The notes: generated by a model not told the origin, from the letters alone. A stretch of DNA of 64,000 bases from Setoptus koraiensis (GCA_048013815.1 CM106585.1:17174001-17238000), one strand, 5' to 3'. Shown: positions 38,101 through 51,572, numbered from the stretch's first letter. Program-made: numbers and translations.

Positions 38101-39660
38101 AGCTGGCCCGCAGCGAGCGTCTATGCCGTTACTAATGCCGTTGCAGTGTCGACAAATTAATTAGCTCGCCACTAATTGCGACACTGTTTTGCAGTGTTTC
38201 AGTGCAACTGTTCGCTGGTGCGCTGCACGAAAGCGGCGCCGCTGCGATCGCATGCGGCTCGAGGGGCCCCTCGCCACGACAACAGCTGGCACAACAAATT
38301 GTATTCGCATGCTCCGATTGGTTTGACTGACACTGACTGTCGTTGAAACGTCGTTCACCTGAGCTATCCGTCGAGAACTCGCGCTCGTCGAAAACTTGCG
38401 CCCGTCGAAAACTTGCGTCCGGTGAAAACTCGCGCCCAGAGAATATGAAGACAAAAATGAGAAGAATGCGCCCAGTGGCTGAGACTTTCGCTCAATAATT
38501 TGCAGTCAATATAGATGCAGTGGCAGGTATCCGATGGTCGACAATGGGCACGCAATGATTGCTGGCTGGATGACGAAAATGATTGCCGAGCGGCCCCGAA
38601 ACAGCGCTGCCAGTTGGCATAACAACCAAGCAAATAATTGGCGGCAATCAATCAGTGGGAGCAGGCTGACAAGGCAAACCTCATTTGTGAGTCTGGCTGA
38701 ATATCAAAAAGCCGATTGGCCAATATCAAAATAGCTCAAAAAACGAAAAATATCCGCACATCGACGCCATACATTTCATGTGTCATCGAGGCCTGAAAAG
38801 GCAGGTTTTGTTTGCAGTGGACGCACGGTACGGAATTGAATGAATCGAAGAATCTCGAATTTTGTCGTGCTGATTTCGCGCCCGTCGCGTCCATATCCAT
38901 CCACGGCTATATTAACAGATATAGCCGGCGCATATCACAGTGCAGTTTGTGTTAATATAGCCACAACTGTCGCGAGCGGACAATTGTCGCACAATCGGTG
39001 GGGCTCATCTCTCACAAAGTCTGGCTAGCTGACACCTGTGTGTTCAATTTAATTTATTGCCCCCGTTCGCGACTGGCGATTTGTGCGGGTTTGGCGCGCG
39101 CGTCGTCGGCTTCGGCCGGCCGCTCGCCGTTCGCACGAGCTGGCAAACACGACATCAATAATCAATATCGTGCCTCGGGGCTACGTCGTCGTTGTTGTCG
39201 CTCTTTGTTGTCGCTGTGCTGCTTGTTGAATGCGGTTGTTGAGTCGGTGGTTGGGTTCGGTCGTTGCCGGGTTGTCGGGTCGGTTGCTGGACGCGGGGCA
39301 GCCCCACCCGCAGACTCGGCGCGGCCGGCAGCGAGATTTATCTGTTTAGCGTGCGGCTGGCAGCGGCCCGAGCGGCCCGAATAGGACCACTGGATTGAAA
39401 TGTCAAACGAGCCGTATCAAATCAGAGCAGCCGCTGCCGACAGCGCCGGCATGAATTATTATAGGAAATATAATAACGACCAGCGTCGCCGGCCAACCGG
39501 CTGCCTGTGTGCCCATTGTCGCCCGTGCGGATATTCGCCGGCGCGGCCCGCGCGCTCGCCTCGCATCAAGCAAGTCGATGGCCATTTTCAGCCGCACTCA
39601 CGCTGTGGCGCTCAACGTTTGGCCGTGGCGCTCGATGGGAGCCTGACGGCTCCCATGCGA

Positions 39661-39750
39661 CAGGCTCCCATTCGACGGGCTCCCATTCTACGGGCTCCCA
39701 TTCTACGGGCTCCCATTCTACGGGCTCCCATTCTACGGGCTCCCATTCGA
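39661..39750 (+). repeat. 15-nt minisatellite CGGGCTCCCATTCTA x6
   Basis: Direct reading. Confidence 0.92.
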
Positions 39751-42700
39751 GCGTCGAGCTTGTCGGGCGCTGGCTCGACGTGGCAAATGTTCATTAGTGG
39801 CCGGCAAAAAATTGATCGGCCCGCAGACGAGCGATCGGCGATATTAACTGGCACTGGCGGCGGTGGCGCCGCAAGCGCGTTGTAAATTTGTTTGACAGCG
39901 AATTTCGCTCGAAGCGGCTATTTGACAGAAGAGAAATCTCTTCTGTTTCGGCCAGCGGCCAGAGTGCATTTGGCGTGTTTGGTCCGAAAGTGCCAAAATG
40001 CCCGAATCGGCCAAACACAGTTGATGCAGGCCGATAAAGAGATGATGCCAAAGATGCCAAAAATAAAAATGATGCTCGCCGGGCGCGCACATTTATTTGT
40101 GTGCCATCGATCGCACAACAATCAACGCGAGCGAGCAAATGGAGCGAGCCGAGCAGCAAAAGTGTCACCCATAAAAGTAAATAAATTCCCGCAGAACTGA
40201 CAACTGGCCCGTCGGCCGGTCAGCCGGCCAGTGCGGCCAGTGCGGCCAATCGGGCGAGCGGCCGAAACAAAGACAACGCGCCACAAAGCGAGGCCATAAA
40301 ATGATGATTGGCATGAAAAGTTGAACGCGGCCCGAATTGACGCGGGCACGCGTTTTATCGTTTTGTCGTTTTGTCGCTATTATAAGCCAATTCAGTTTGA
40401 TTTGGTGCGTGCCAATTTCGTGGCGTGTGCGTGGGTGTTTTGCGCGAGGCGTGTAAATACTGCAAAAGTGTCCGCAAATAGCGCTGGCGAGCACGCGCAC
40501 GAGTACTCATATTTGCAGCGGCCGAGACGCTGCAAATATGACAAATATAGATATTGGCCACATTAATCACGCTGCTGCTAATTAATTATTATCTCTCTCA
40601 CCTGATCGCTGGCCACACGACGCGCACTCGCCATGAGACGTCTCCCCTCTGCCGTCGGCATCTCCCGTCTTGCGCCGGCATCTCCCGTGTCGCGCCGGCA
40701 TGTCGGGCCGGGCGTCTCATATCGCGTCATCATAATGCGCGTGCCCAATGCGACAGCTAATTGATTTAAGCCGGCACCGGCAAACCAATCAGCGCACAAC
40801 GATGACAGACGCTGCAATAATGTTTGCACGCGCAACTATTGACAGTGCTGCACAGCGCGTGTTACGCAACAACAACAACAATTGTCATTGTTTGTTGCGC
40901 AACGGCGCCACTGCCACAGTGTAACAGCGCCACTGTTTGCGCGACCGTCTGTGCGACCTTCCGCGCACAGATAGATGAGCACAGATAGATGAACACAACA
41001 GATGAACACAGATAACAACAAATATTGACTGAAGCGCTTTAAATTGCACGTGCCGCAGGAACGTGCCGCCGCCGCCGCTGCATTACGCAACTTGCACGCT
41101 GCTCACAGACAAAACTCGTTCGACACTGACAACAATACCGGCTAATGTGCGCGTGTTGCGCAATATGCTAATAACTGCCGGCGCTGCCTTCGCGTCAGCT
41201 GATGCGGCTCGTGACGAACTGTCAGTTTGTTGCGCAAGTTGTTGTTGGTTGATGATATGATAATGCACACTCGTCGCACTGTCACTGGTGCGAGGGCCCG
41301 ACCCGCAGCGGCTCGCAGCGGCTCGCAGCGGCTCGCAGCGGCTCGCAGCGACTCGCAGCGACTCGCAACGGCGAGCGCAGCGACGCTCGTCATCGTTTGA
41401 ATTATGTCATCATAAATCAGAACGCAACTGACAGTCAGCTGGCTGTCAGTTGGCGAGCGGCACCGTTAACAGTGGCGCTGCAGCGCCTCGTGTGCAGCGT
41501 GTTAGCGGCACATTGTGCACGGGCTGCACATGAGGCGCTATAGGCCATAAACCCGGACACCGTTGTGCGGTGCACTCTGGTGCACTGCAAAAGTGGTGCG
41601 CCCAGTGACCTGCAGGGGGCGCGCTCCGCCATGGGCACCCCCTGAACTGGAGTTTCATTGGAGTTTCATTGGAGTTATGCTGGAGTTATGCTGGAATTGT
41701 GCTGGGAGTTGTGTTGGCAAGTTGTAGAGCGAGTGCAAACTTTGCGACTGTAAATCGGCGTTTTAGTTGGCCGGCCGGGGTGTGTCGCTTCGAATTAATA
41801 TCGAATCAATCAATCAAATGATGCAAAAGAATAAACGTGCCCGATGTGTCTGGCAATTGTCAATGTGCAACGTTGAGTCGCATACACGACATTGGCCAGC
41901 AGACGGCGACACCAATGAATAATGACAATTGGCCATGTCGCATTTGTAGTTTGTTGACCATATAGAGCATATACAGAAATTTGTCCGTTTCTCTCTGTGT
42001 CCGTGTCACTCACACCGATTCGTCAACTCTGGCTCGTCCGCTGTGTGTGTCTGGTCGGGCCGGACCGGCCCGTCCCGTCCGACGGGTCTCATCGGGTGAC
42101 TGGCGTCCGTGTGAGACGCAGAAACGCAGTTTGAGCGCCGGCCAGCACCGCTAACCATACATGCCAAGGGCAGACAGGGTACAAATGTAGCCACAATTGT
42201 GTCATTGTTTATTTCGGCATAAACGTGTCACTGGCAACACAACAATGCAACAGCAACAGCGACAGCAACAACAAGCGGCCGTTGGTCAAATCAAAAATTG
42301 CCGGCCACAAATTGTAGCAGCATAAATGCGTTGATGTGAGTTCAGTCTCGTCTGACACTCTCAACTTTGCCACTGTGGCTGTGGGCGCTAGGTGGCGCCC
42401 GCCGCTGCGTTTTGTGACAAAAACAAAAATCTGGCCACATCGAGCTCGCACATTCGCCGGCCCGAGCTGGCCGATGTCGGGAAAAGCCGCAATTGCGAAA
42501 CGCCAAGCGCGCATTGAATTCTCATGGAATGTCGGCCAGTGACAACTGTGCCACAAGTGTGCCATTTCGACTGGATTTGCCGGTCGAAATGGTTGCGTCA
42601 CGAGCGGCCAGGTATGCAAAATATTGCGCATACATGCACGGATATTGCGGAAGCCGCTTATTGCGTAATATGTGTGTGTGCTGCTATCATGCACAGGTAC

Positions 42701-42784
42701 GGTTACGGGCCGGTGACGGCGCATGGTTTTGGTTGTTGGCACATATTACGCAATAAGCGGCCAGGTCAGCGGTGTGTGTGTGTG

Positions 42785-42827
<43 letters not shown>

Positions 42828-45667
42828 CTTATTCTGCTGCCAATCACGCACACTATTATGTAATAATCCTATAATCGCCAGCATCGCATTTGCTACACAG
42901 TGGCAACCGCCAATCATCGCAAATGTATGCAAATATCATACTCGCGCTGTTTGTTGTTGTTGTCCGTTTGTCCGCCTGTCTGTTTGTTGTTGGTGCACTA
43001 TCGGGCCTATAAACAGTCGCTTTTAATGCTCGCTTAAACCGGATTTGCTCGCCCTAAACGGGGGCAGCTAACCTTTCGCGGCGCTCTCTACGGGCCGTTC
43101 TCCCGACCAGTGGGCCGTCCGGCGCCGTGCGGCGCTTCGAAGCGGCCCGACACCGCACAAGCCCAGCTCAGAACAAACCCGGAGCCGCGAACGAGGCGGG
43201 CCCAGTTCCGCGCGAGAGATTGAATTCTGGTGAATTTCTCACAACTCGCATTACAACAGCGCGGTTTTATTTCGCGGCGCGTATGCGCGAAAATTATCGG
43301 CGTTATGACGATTTCTGTTTGTGTGTATCCAGTTTGGCCGGCGCCCGCTTTGGCCGGCGCAGTTGGCCGGGCAGCCGGGCAGCCCGACGGCGGCGACCGG
43401 CGGCGCAGCCCGGCAGCGGCCACTGACAGCAGCCACTCTGAAAGCGGACACTGCGAACAATATAACGCTCAAAAGTATAAATACAAACATCCAGATATAA
43501 CACATGCGCGGCTCACATTATAGAAATATTTGATTTCATTGCGGGCCAATTTTCAAATTGTTTCTGCGTTTTATTTCCCGAATCTCGAGTCGCGAATCTC
43601 GGGTCGCGAACGGCGAACGGCGAGCGGCGAATCGCGAACGGCGAACGGCGAACGGCGAACGGCGAACGGCGAACGACGAACCGCGAATGACGAATCTCGA
43701 GTCGCGAACGGCGAACCGCGGATCGCGTCCCGTCCGCCCGAGTCGCGAGTGGCGAATCGCGGCTCAGGCAGGCCGGCCCGCTGGCGCTGGCGGCCAACTG
43801 TGCTCGTGTGCAACTGGCCGACGTGCACATTTATATTATTTCTGCAACTTAACGACGGCGCGAAACGCACAGCCGAAGGCAGCGCCGCCGCTCATTTAAT
43901 GTGAGTCTCATCTCACTTGATTTAATGAGATGACGTTTATTTATTGCTTATCAACTTCTTCGCTCCTTTGCTGCCCCTGCCAGCCGCTACTTATTTGGCC
44001 GGCCCGACAGTGTGTTTGTCCAACTGTCCGCAACTGTTCGCAGCCACTACCTGGCACACAAAGGCCCGAGTGGCGGCCCGTTCTCGCGCTCGCCCCGCCG
44101 ACTCTCAGGCAGCCAGATTATTGATCTATTAAATTATCGGAAAATTGTTATGTTTTTTCATCTTTTCCCATCTCGTCGTTGCCTCTATAAACCGCTCAAT
44201 GTCCCAATGTGCCAGTTGCCAGTTGCACACAAACGGCACATTTGGCACACAGCACATTTGCAGGAGACACACAACGGCACACAGGGCAAACAATCGCGAC
44301 TCGGCACACTGATACGCCTATAATCGCGGCTGTTAATATCCTTTGTTGTCGGTGTCGCTGTTGCAAATGTGTTGTCCTTGGGCGCCTCCACCGTTTCGGC
44401 CCGACTTGGCCAACTGCCGCTCGACCCGACTGCCGCTCTACCCGGGCGGATAGAGCCTGTATAATAGAGGGCGCCAGTTGCAGCGCAAACGTGCTTGACG
44501 GCCAACACAAACGCAGAGCGTGCGCTGTGCAGCGACAGCAGACGCTAACGCACAGTGAGTAGAGCGGCCGCCGACGCACAGAGTCGCGCGGCGCGGTGCA
44601 CAATGCGCACATCGAACAAACAATGCACTGTGAGAGCATATCATATTTTTCATATTTTTTCATTTTTCGCGCACGCCATTTATAGGCGGCCTACAATGGG
44701 CACAACAATGGCGCACTCCATGCAGCGCCATACAGCGCCATACAGCGCCATATAGGCCCAGTGGTAGCGAATTAGCGGCGCCCAAAAATAATATTAATAC
44801 ACAGATTAGAATCTTTTGTTTTATCTGCGCGCCTCTTTTATCCGTGTGTGCCTCGGTGTGCCCCTCGTGCACTTATTGCGCGTCTTGGAATTGCGCCTCT
44901 CGGAATTGCGCCTCTCGGAATTTGGCGTCGCTTCGAAATTCGAATAACTTATTTGAATTTAAATTTCAGCCGCGGCTCGCTATCTCGGCGACGCGATTTA
45001 ATTATTTAATTTAATTTCACGTTATTAGCGCGCTGCACCGATCTTATATTGGAGTGGGCCAGTTATTCGCGCCGACTCGAATATAAGATTGAGCATGGGC
45101 CACGAGACGGGGCTAATGTAATAAATAAATGGGCGCACAGTTGTCAGAGCGCGCCAATAGCAATGGCAATAATGTTCTGGCGGGCGAACATGCAAATTTT
45201 TGCCCCTCGTCGGCCGGCCCCGCCTCGGCAGCGCGTCGGGCAGCCGGCGGCCCAAAAAAGCGCGCACCGTTTGCAAATAACGCGCTCGTTGCGTCTTTAA
45301 ATTAAAGTGTTATTGCAGTGATGATTATAGATCACGATGACGATGATCTAGATTAGATGATGCTGATTATCTAATGAAAAACGGCGCCGCTGTCGGTGTT
45401 TTTCGCCGCTGTCGAGCTCGAGAGGCGACAGAGGCAAAAACAATGCAACTGCACGCTCCACTAGTATCAGTGGTGCCACTGGCGGAGTGCTGATTGCAAA
45501 ATATATTAGAGCCAAATGTAAAATGTATAAATGAGCGAGCGGCCCAAGGAGCGCCACTCTTAGCTTGATTACACGAGAAAGCAATTACAATTGAATATTT
45601 TAATCAACTCGTTTTTTCTTGTCGTCGTCTTTGTTGCAGTCGCTGCTGTTGTTGTTGTTGTCGTTGC

Positions 45668-45723
<56 letters not shown>

Positions 45724-45843
45724 TTGTTGTCGTTGCCGTTGTCGCTGTTGCTGTCGTTGCTGTCGTTGTTGGCGCTGTTGTTGTTCGCTCAATTACAGCC
45801 GCTAGTTGTGTGCGCGGCCGGCAGGGCGGCGCCACCGTCGCAG

Positions 45844-45881
45844 TATATAGAGCGATGTGCGCAACTGGAATGCGCTCAGTT
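45844..45881 (+). promoter_or_regulatory. Candidate spalt core promoter: TATA-like TATATAGA (45844) and arthropod-type Inr TCAGTT (45876-45881)
   Basis: TATA-like box lies 32-34 nt before the Inr A (45878); I see no ATG between 45878 and the ATG at 46139, which has A at -3. Confidence 0.4.
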
Positions 45882-46138
45882 TTGTTTTGACTCAGAGCTG
45901 CAAACTTGTATTTATATTCACTCGCGTCTCGCGTTGCACCCCTCACGTTTTATCTCGCGTTATATCTCACATTGTATCTCGCACCTCGCGTCATATCTCA
46001 TATCGCACATTATATCTGGCATTGCGTCGCCAGTCACACACTGTTGAGATACGACAGCAGCAGCAGCAGCAGCAACGACAGCAGCAACAGCAACAACAAC
46101 ATTGCACATCACGACAGCGACGACAACAGCAACTCACA

Positions 46139-48263
46139 ATGACAGCCACAAACAGCAACAGCAGCAGTGATAGTGATAGTGTAGACCAACAGCACCACCA
46201 ACAACAGCAACCAGCGGCAACCATGAACGGCAACGGCAATCACAACAGCAACAACAATAACGACGACGACGACACCGACAATAACGGCGACCAAGAAGAA
46301 GACTCGCCAACGAACCACAACAGCAACCACAGCAACCACAGCAACCGCAGCAGCCGCAGCAACCGCAGCAACCACAACAGTAACAACAACAACAACAACA
46401 ACATCAACAACAGCAACAACAACAACAACAACAGCATCAACAACAACAACAACAGCATCAACAACAACAACAACAACGGCGTCAAGCGCGAGCACGTGAG
46501 GCTCGACGAGCTCGACGACGACGATCGCTGTCGGGACGACGACGACGAGCGCGAAGACGACAGCGACCACTGTGATTCGGCGTCGGCCGCCGCGATGCAA
46601 CAGTCCACCCTGGAACTGCTGCAAATGCACACAGAGAAGGCCCTCAAAGAATCCATGTGCGGGGGCAGCTTCCTGTTGAACAACATCGACGATAGTGAGG
46701 ACGACGCAAACACCAAGCACAGGTGCAAGTTCTGTGGCAAGGCCTTCTCGTCCGATTCGGCGCTTCAAATTCACATCCGGTCGCACACGGGCGAGCGCCC
46801 GTTTGTGTGCCACTGTGGCTCGGCGTTCACCACCAAGGGCAACCTCAAGGTGCATTCGCAGCGCCACAAGCAAGAGGAGCAACAGCAACAGCAGCAACAA
46901 TTCGCTCAACAACAACAACAACAACAACAACAGCAGCATCACAATCAGCAGCACAACATGGCCGGTTCGCAATCATCGTCGGCGCCGTCGCCCCAAACGA
47001 GTAGCGCGCCGGTGTCGCCCTCTCTGCAGTTGTTGTCGCCCAGCTCGTCGACGCACAACAACAGCAACAACAACAACAGCGGCAACACCAACGGTCACCA
47101 CCATCACCGGTCGTCGGTCATGTCGAATCACCATCATCATCATCACCACCAACAAACGCCCACTCCACCCGCAACGTCGCCCACGCCCACGCCGCCGCCG
47201 CTACTGGGGACGGTGGCGCACCAGTCGCAATTGTCGCAATTGTCGCAGCTGGGCGCATCGTCGGCGGGCTTGCATCATCACCTGTCGGCGGCGGCCGCAG
47301 CCGCCGCCGCTGCCGCGCAACAACCCGATCTTCATCATCACCATCATCATCATCATCCGTCGTCGGCGGCGGCGGCCTCATCGACGACGCCGTCATCCCT
47401 ATTTAATCATCATCTTGCGGCAGCCGCGGCCTCACAGTTGCACCATTCGCATCCCGCCATGGCGACGGCACTGCCCGGCCTGCCCGGACTGGCCGCCTTT
47501 TCGCCGGCCAGCGCCGCGGCTGCTGCGGCGGCCGCCGCCTCGGGCAGCTCGCAATCGGACGCGGCCAGTTTTGTTGCGTCGCTCATACGGGCCCAAATGA
47601 TGGCCACCGCGGCCGCCATCCAAAGTCAGGCGCAAGCTTTAGCCCAGGCGCTGGCCGCCCAAGCCCAACAGCAGCAACAACAACAACAACAACAACAGCA
47701 ACAACAACAGCAAAATACCGCGCACACCACCCACACATGCTCACCTTCATCCCGTTCCACATTGTTGTTAACCAGCGACCACAGCAACCCGTCGTCGGGT
47801 ACCTCGTCGCCGGTACCCGCACCCCTGGCGCAGCAGCAGCAGCACTCAGCGCCAGCTACAAATAGTAATAACATTATTAGTAATTTATCATCGACAACAA
47901 CTACTCCCACAACTACCAGAAGCCACGACAACCACAACAGCAACCACCAGCACCAGTCACAGCGGTACCAGCACCACAACCACCACAACCACCATGTCGT
48001 TAGCAAGCAGCCCCAGAAGAGGCTCAAGTCGTCGTCGTCGTCATCGACATCATCGTCCATATCGACGGCCAGCGACACCGGCCACTGTCACCAGCAACAA
48101 CAACAACAACAACAACCGGCGACGGGCGCCGCGGTGCTCGATCTAAGTGTCACCAGCTTGTCGGCTGCCGGAACGCCGACCACGCCAGCTCAACAGCAGC
48201 ACCGCCACACCAGGCAGCAGTCGCCCCAGCACCACCACAACAACAACAACAGCAGCAGCAACC

Positions 48264-48294
<31 letters not shown>

Positions 48295-48868
48295 CCACAA
48301 CCACAACAGCACCAACAACCAGCAACAACAACAACAATCTGACCAACAGCCACCCCCGCCGCCGCTTTGTGTTAGTGCGCCCGCCTCGCTGGGCCGATCC
48401 GCGCCCGGCGATATGCCCGCCTCGGCGCTGGCCGCCGTCGCAGCCCGGCTCGTGCCCAATCCGCCGACCGCGCCGCCGGGCGCCCGGGCCAACACAACGT
48501 GCCAGTTGTGTTTTAAGACATTCGCTTGCAATTCCGCTCTCGAGATCCATTATAGGAGCCACACGAAGGAGCGCCCATTTAAATGTTCATTGTGTAATAA
48601 GGGCTTTTCCACCAAGGGCAACATGAAGCAGCATATGCTGACGCACCGGATACGCGAATTGCCGCCCCAGTTTCATTCGAACGCGCCCAATACCGCGGCG
48701 GGAGCCGCAGCGTACGGCGGAGTGTCCGAAACGCACCAGACGCTGGCCGCCGCCCTGGCCCAACAGCACATGCCATCGGCGGCGGTTAGCGCCGCCGCCC
48801 ACCACCATCTCCAATACACAAATTTGCGCCAGAGTTGCCGCATGCAACACAATTTTTCGCTTAATTAA
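46139..48868 (+). CDS. sal: Spalt/SALL-family C2H2 zinc-finger transcription factor, apparently single-exon, 909 aa from ATG 46139
   Basis: Double finger [30 protein letters not shown]...[10 protein letters not shown] (46724-46867) with the SAL box. Second pair [49 protein letters not shown] (48500-48646). TLELLQ motif before cluster 1 as in arthropod Sal. Poly-Q/N/H/A linkers. The start codon is inferred. Confidence 0.92.
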
Positions 48869-48943
48869 TGAAGCTGATCAATCGTCAATATTCGTCAATT
48901 TATTAATTAATTAATTATTAATTTTGAGTGAACTAGTAAATAG

Positions 48944-48949
48944 AATAAA
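48944..48949 (+). terminator. Candidate spalt poly(A) signal AATAAA
   Basis: 75 nt after the stop, following an AT-rich (TAAT)n stretch. Confidence 0.35.
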
Positions 48950-49750
48950 GACCACAACAATCAACACCGACTCGTCCCGACATTCATTCCCGCGATCCGC
49001 CGTCCGGCCCGACCGGCGCGCCGCTCTCGAGTGCCCGACCGGCGCGCGGCTCTCGTGTGCCCGCCAGCGCAACGATGCGCATACTAGCAGCGCGACGCCC
49101 GAGCGGCCGGCCGCCGGGCGAAAGTGACTCTGGGCACATGATTGATGGCTGGACGGCGCTGATTAATTGCGCCTCGTTTATTCATCGGTCTATTCATCGG
49201 TTTATTCATCGGTTCATTGGGCGCTTGCTGCCGGCAACTGGCGACAAATTGCGACAGGTCGCCAAAGCCGCCAAGTTGCGCAATGGCCGGCTCTTGGTTT
49301 TTCGGGGCGTCGCCACTTGTTGGCGGCTGTTTCATTCAACGCGGCCTGCAGCGGGCGGGTCGCGGCGGCCCGTCGCGGCTGTGGCCGACGGTGCGGTTGG
49401 CCTACGCGGCGCACCCTGGCATAATTATTGTATTGGTAATAGTCATATTTTATGTGTCGCATGACACATAACACTAGTTGCTGATGACGGCGACGGGACA
49501 GGTGAGCCGAGCAGCGAGTCGCTCGACAGAACCGGTTCTTCGAATCATCGAGACGTCGCATCATCGCGGCGCCAGTTGGCAAGCTGACAAGACAGCGAGA
49601 GATGAGATGAGAATGAGCGCTTATTTGATCGCTTGTTCGTGTGTATTTTTCACAATTATCGCAACTATCACAATCGCGACAATCGTCGCAATCGCGACAA
49701 TCGTCACAATTGTGGCACGGCGACGATCGCGCCAGCATCGCGGCGACAAT

Positions 49751-49854
49751 CGGATAAACCGAGAGACGGATACACCGAGAGACGGATCAACCGAGCGACG
49801 GATAAACCGAGCGACGGATAAACCGAGCGACGGATACACAGAGAGACGGATAAA
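49751..49854 (+). repeat. 16-nt minisatellite CGGATAAACCGAGCGA x6.5
   Basis: Units at a 16-nt period from 49751. Confidence 0.9.
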
Positions 49855-50317
49855 TGGATGAGAGCGAAAAGACGGATGAGTTACGCAAGCTCGCATCGCA
49901 CACGAGATGCCTCGGAAATGATGTTTGTGTGTCAGTTTGTTGATTTGTCGCGTTGATGTTTGTTGACGTGAGTGATGGCTGGCGGCGAGGTTGTCGTAAC
50001 ATGGGCTCACGCGCTATTTAATGACATGAAATAATCAAATAATTAAATAAGCCGCTCTCACACCTTGCGCTATTTGTGTGACGATCACCAAAAATAGCAA
50101 CAGATATGAATGCATTTATGAAATAATGATAGTTGTAAATATAAAAACACACGAACCAATGAATAATACATGCTTAATTGATTGCAGAATGGCAATAAAT
50201 TAATTAGCGACGTTGCTGGCGCGGCGTAGTTGTCGCTCATGTTTGTCACTGTCGACTTGAGATCTAGTCGATTATCTAGTCGAGATTGGCGGCGCGCGCT
50301 TCCCATTCTGGGCGCTT

Positions 50318-50427
50318 CTCAGCTCAGCTCATCTCAGCGATTCTCAGCTCAGCTCAGCGATTCTCAGCTCAGCTCAGCGATTCTCAACTCAGTGATTCGC
50401 AGCTCAGCGATTCTCAGCGATTCTCAG
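50318..50427 (+). repeat. Pentamer mosaic (CTCAG/CGATT) x22
   Basis: Strict 5-nt phase; (CTCAG)3-CGATT higher-order unit. Confidence 0.9.
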
Positions 50428-51476
50428 GTGCCTTTGGTTCTCGGGCTGCGATTGTCGGGTCGGCACTTGCATGTGCGATCGTCGGGTCGAGATGCTCGAC
50501 AACTGCGACTCGCGAGCAGCGAGAAGCGACTCGCGAAGGCAAAAGAAGAAGCTCGGCTCACGACAACATTAATGGCGCTCCCAATGCGAATAATAATCAA
50601 AAACAATAATTATCAATATTATTTTCACTCTCGCTCGCTCACCGACTCACCTTTGCCCGATCCACTTGCTGATGTCGCAGCCGCAACAGTGTTGTCGCTG
50701 CCGATCGTCGGGCTCATGTCAGTGACGGCGGCGTCATGCGCCAGCGACGACGACTCACGAACAGAAAGAATATTTATTTATTTTTTCCATTTCTATCGCT
50801 CGACTATCAACAAATTTGTAAAATCAAACAAGTGGTGCAACTGCCAACTGCGTGGGCGGCCCAACGTGAGCTGCCGTGAGCCCGAGCGACGCGCCTGACA
50901 GCCGGCAACCGGCTCACGACAGTGCGCTCGGCGTGCTTGCCCACTCGTTGGCCAGTCCATCGACGCTGCGTCGGGCCGCCGGCCCGGCTGCCCATTACAT
51001 CATAATTGGTGCAATTCATAATTGGTGGCCAGCACTAGCTATATAGGTCATTGGTGCATTATGAGCGGGCGCCGCTCATAATTCATATTTCATATTTGCG
51101 CATGTGCCGCCAAATGTCGGCCTCGAGGTCGCGACGATTTGGCGAGCGACGAGCGTCGAGCTGGCGAGCGACCACGGCGAACATCATTGAACAAATATGC
51201 AAATGACGCGCGGTGTCATATATAGACATGTCGGCCTGTGCCATATAGACACATGCACGCGTCGTGCAAGTTGGCTCATTCATACAAAATCACAAATCAG
51301 CGCCGAATGGGGCCACTCGAGCGCGCGACGACAGCGCACAGCCGAGCGCCGATTGTGCCGATTGTGCCGAGTGGCGCCCAGTTGCGCAGGGCACGGGCGA
51401 CGCTTGTCAGTTTGCGAGAAGAGTCTCGATTTCAATTTTTCAATTTTTCAATGCTCTGATGTGTCAATGCTTCGGT

Positions 51477-51572
51477 GTTTCGACGTTCCAATGTTTCGAC
51501 GTTCCAATGTGTCGACGTTCCAATGTTTCGACGTTCCAATGTTTCGACGTTTCAATGTTTCGATGTTTCACT
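51477..51572 (+). repeat. 16-nt minisatellite GTTTCGACGTTCCAAT x6
   Basis: Units at 51477, 51493, 51509, 51525, 51541, 51557. Confidence 0.92.

Larger units (their letters stand above)
7700..45843. other. Upstream gene desert / presumptive spalt cis-regulatory landscape
   Basis: About 38 kb without a recognisable protein-coding ORF; ORF-track hits are translations of simple repeats; dense in short tandem duplications. Confidence 0.6.

Noticed and set aside
42388-42400. CTCF-like CTAGGTGGCGCCC (also AGGTGGCAC near 7327)
   Set aside because: Only the 3' half of the motif matches; insufficient evidence.
45857-46138. Longer 1003-aa spalt start given in the ORF track
   Set aside because: It begins at GTG upstream of the candidate Inr and encodes nothing Sal-like; ATG 46139 is preferred. 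An upstream spliced exon remains possible.
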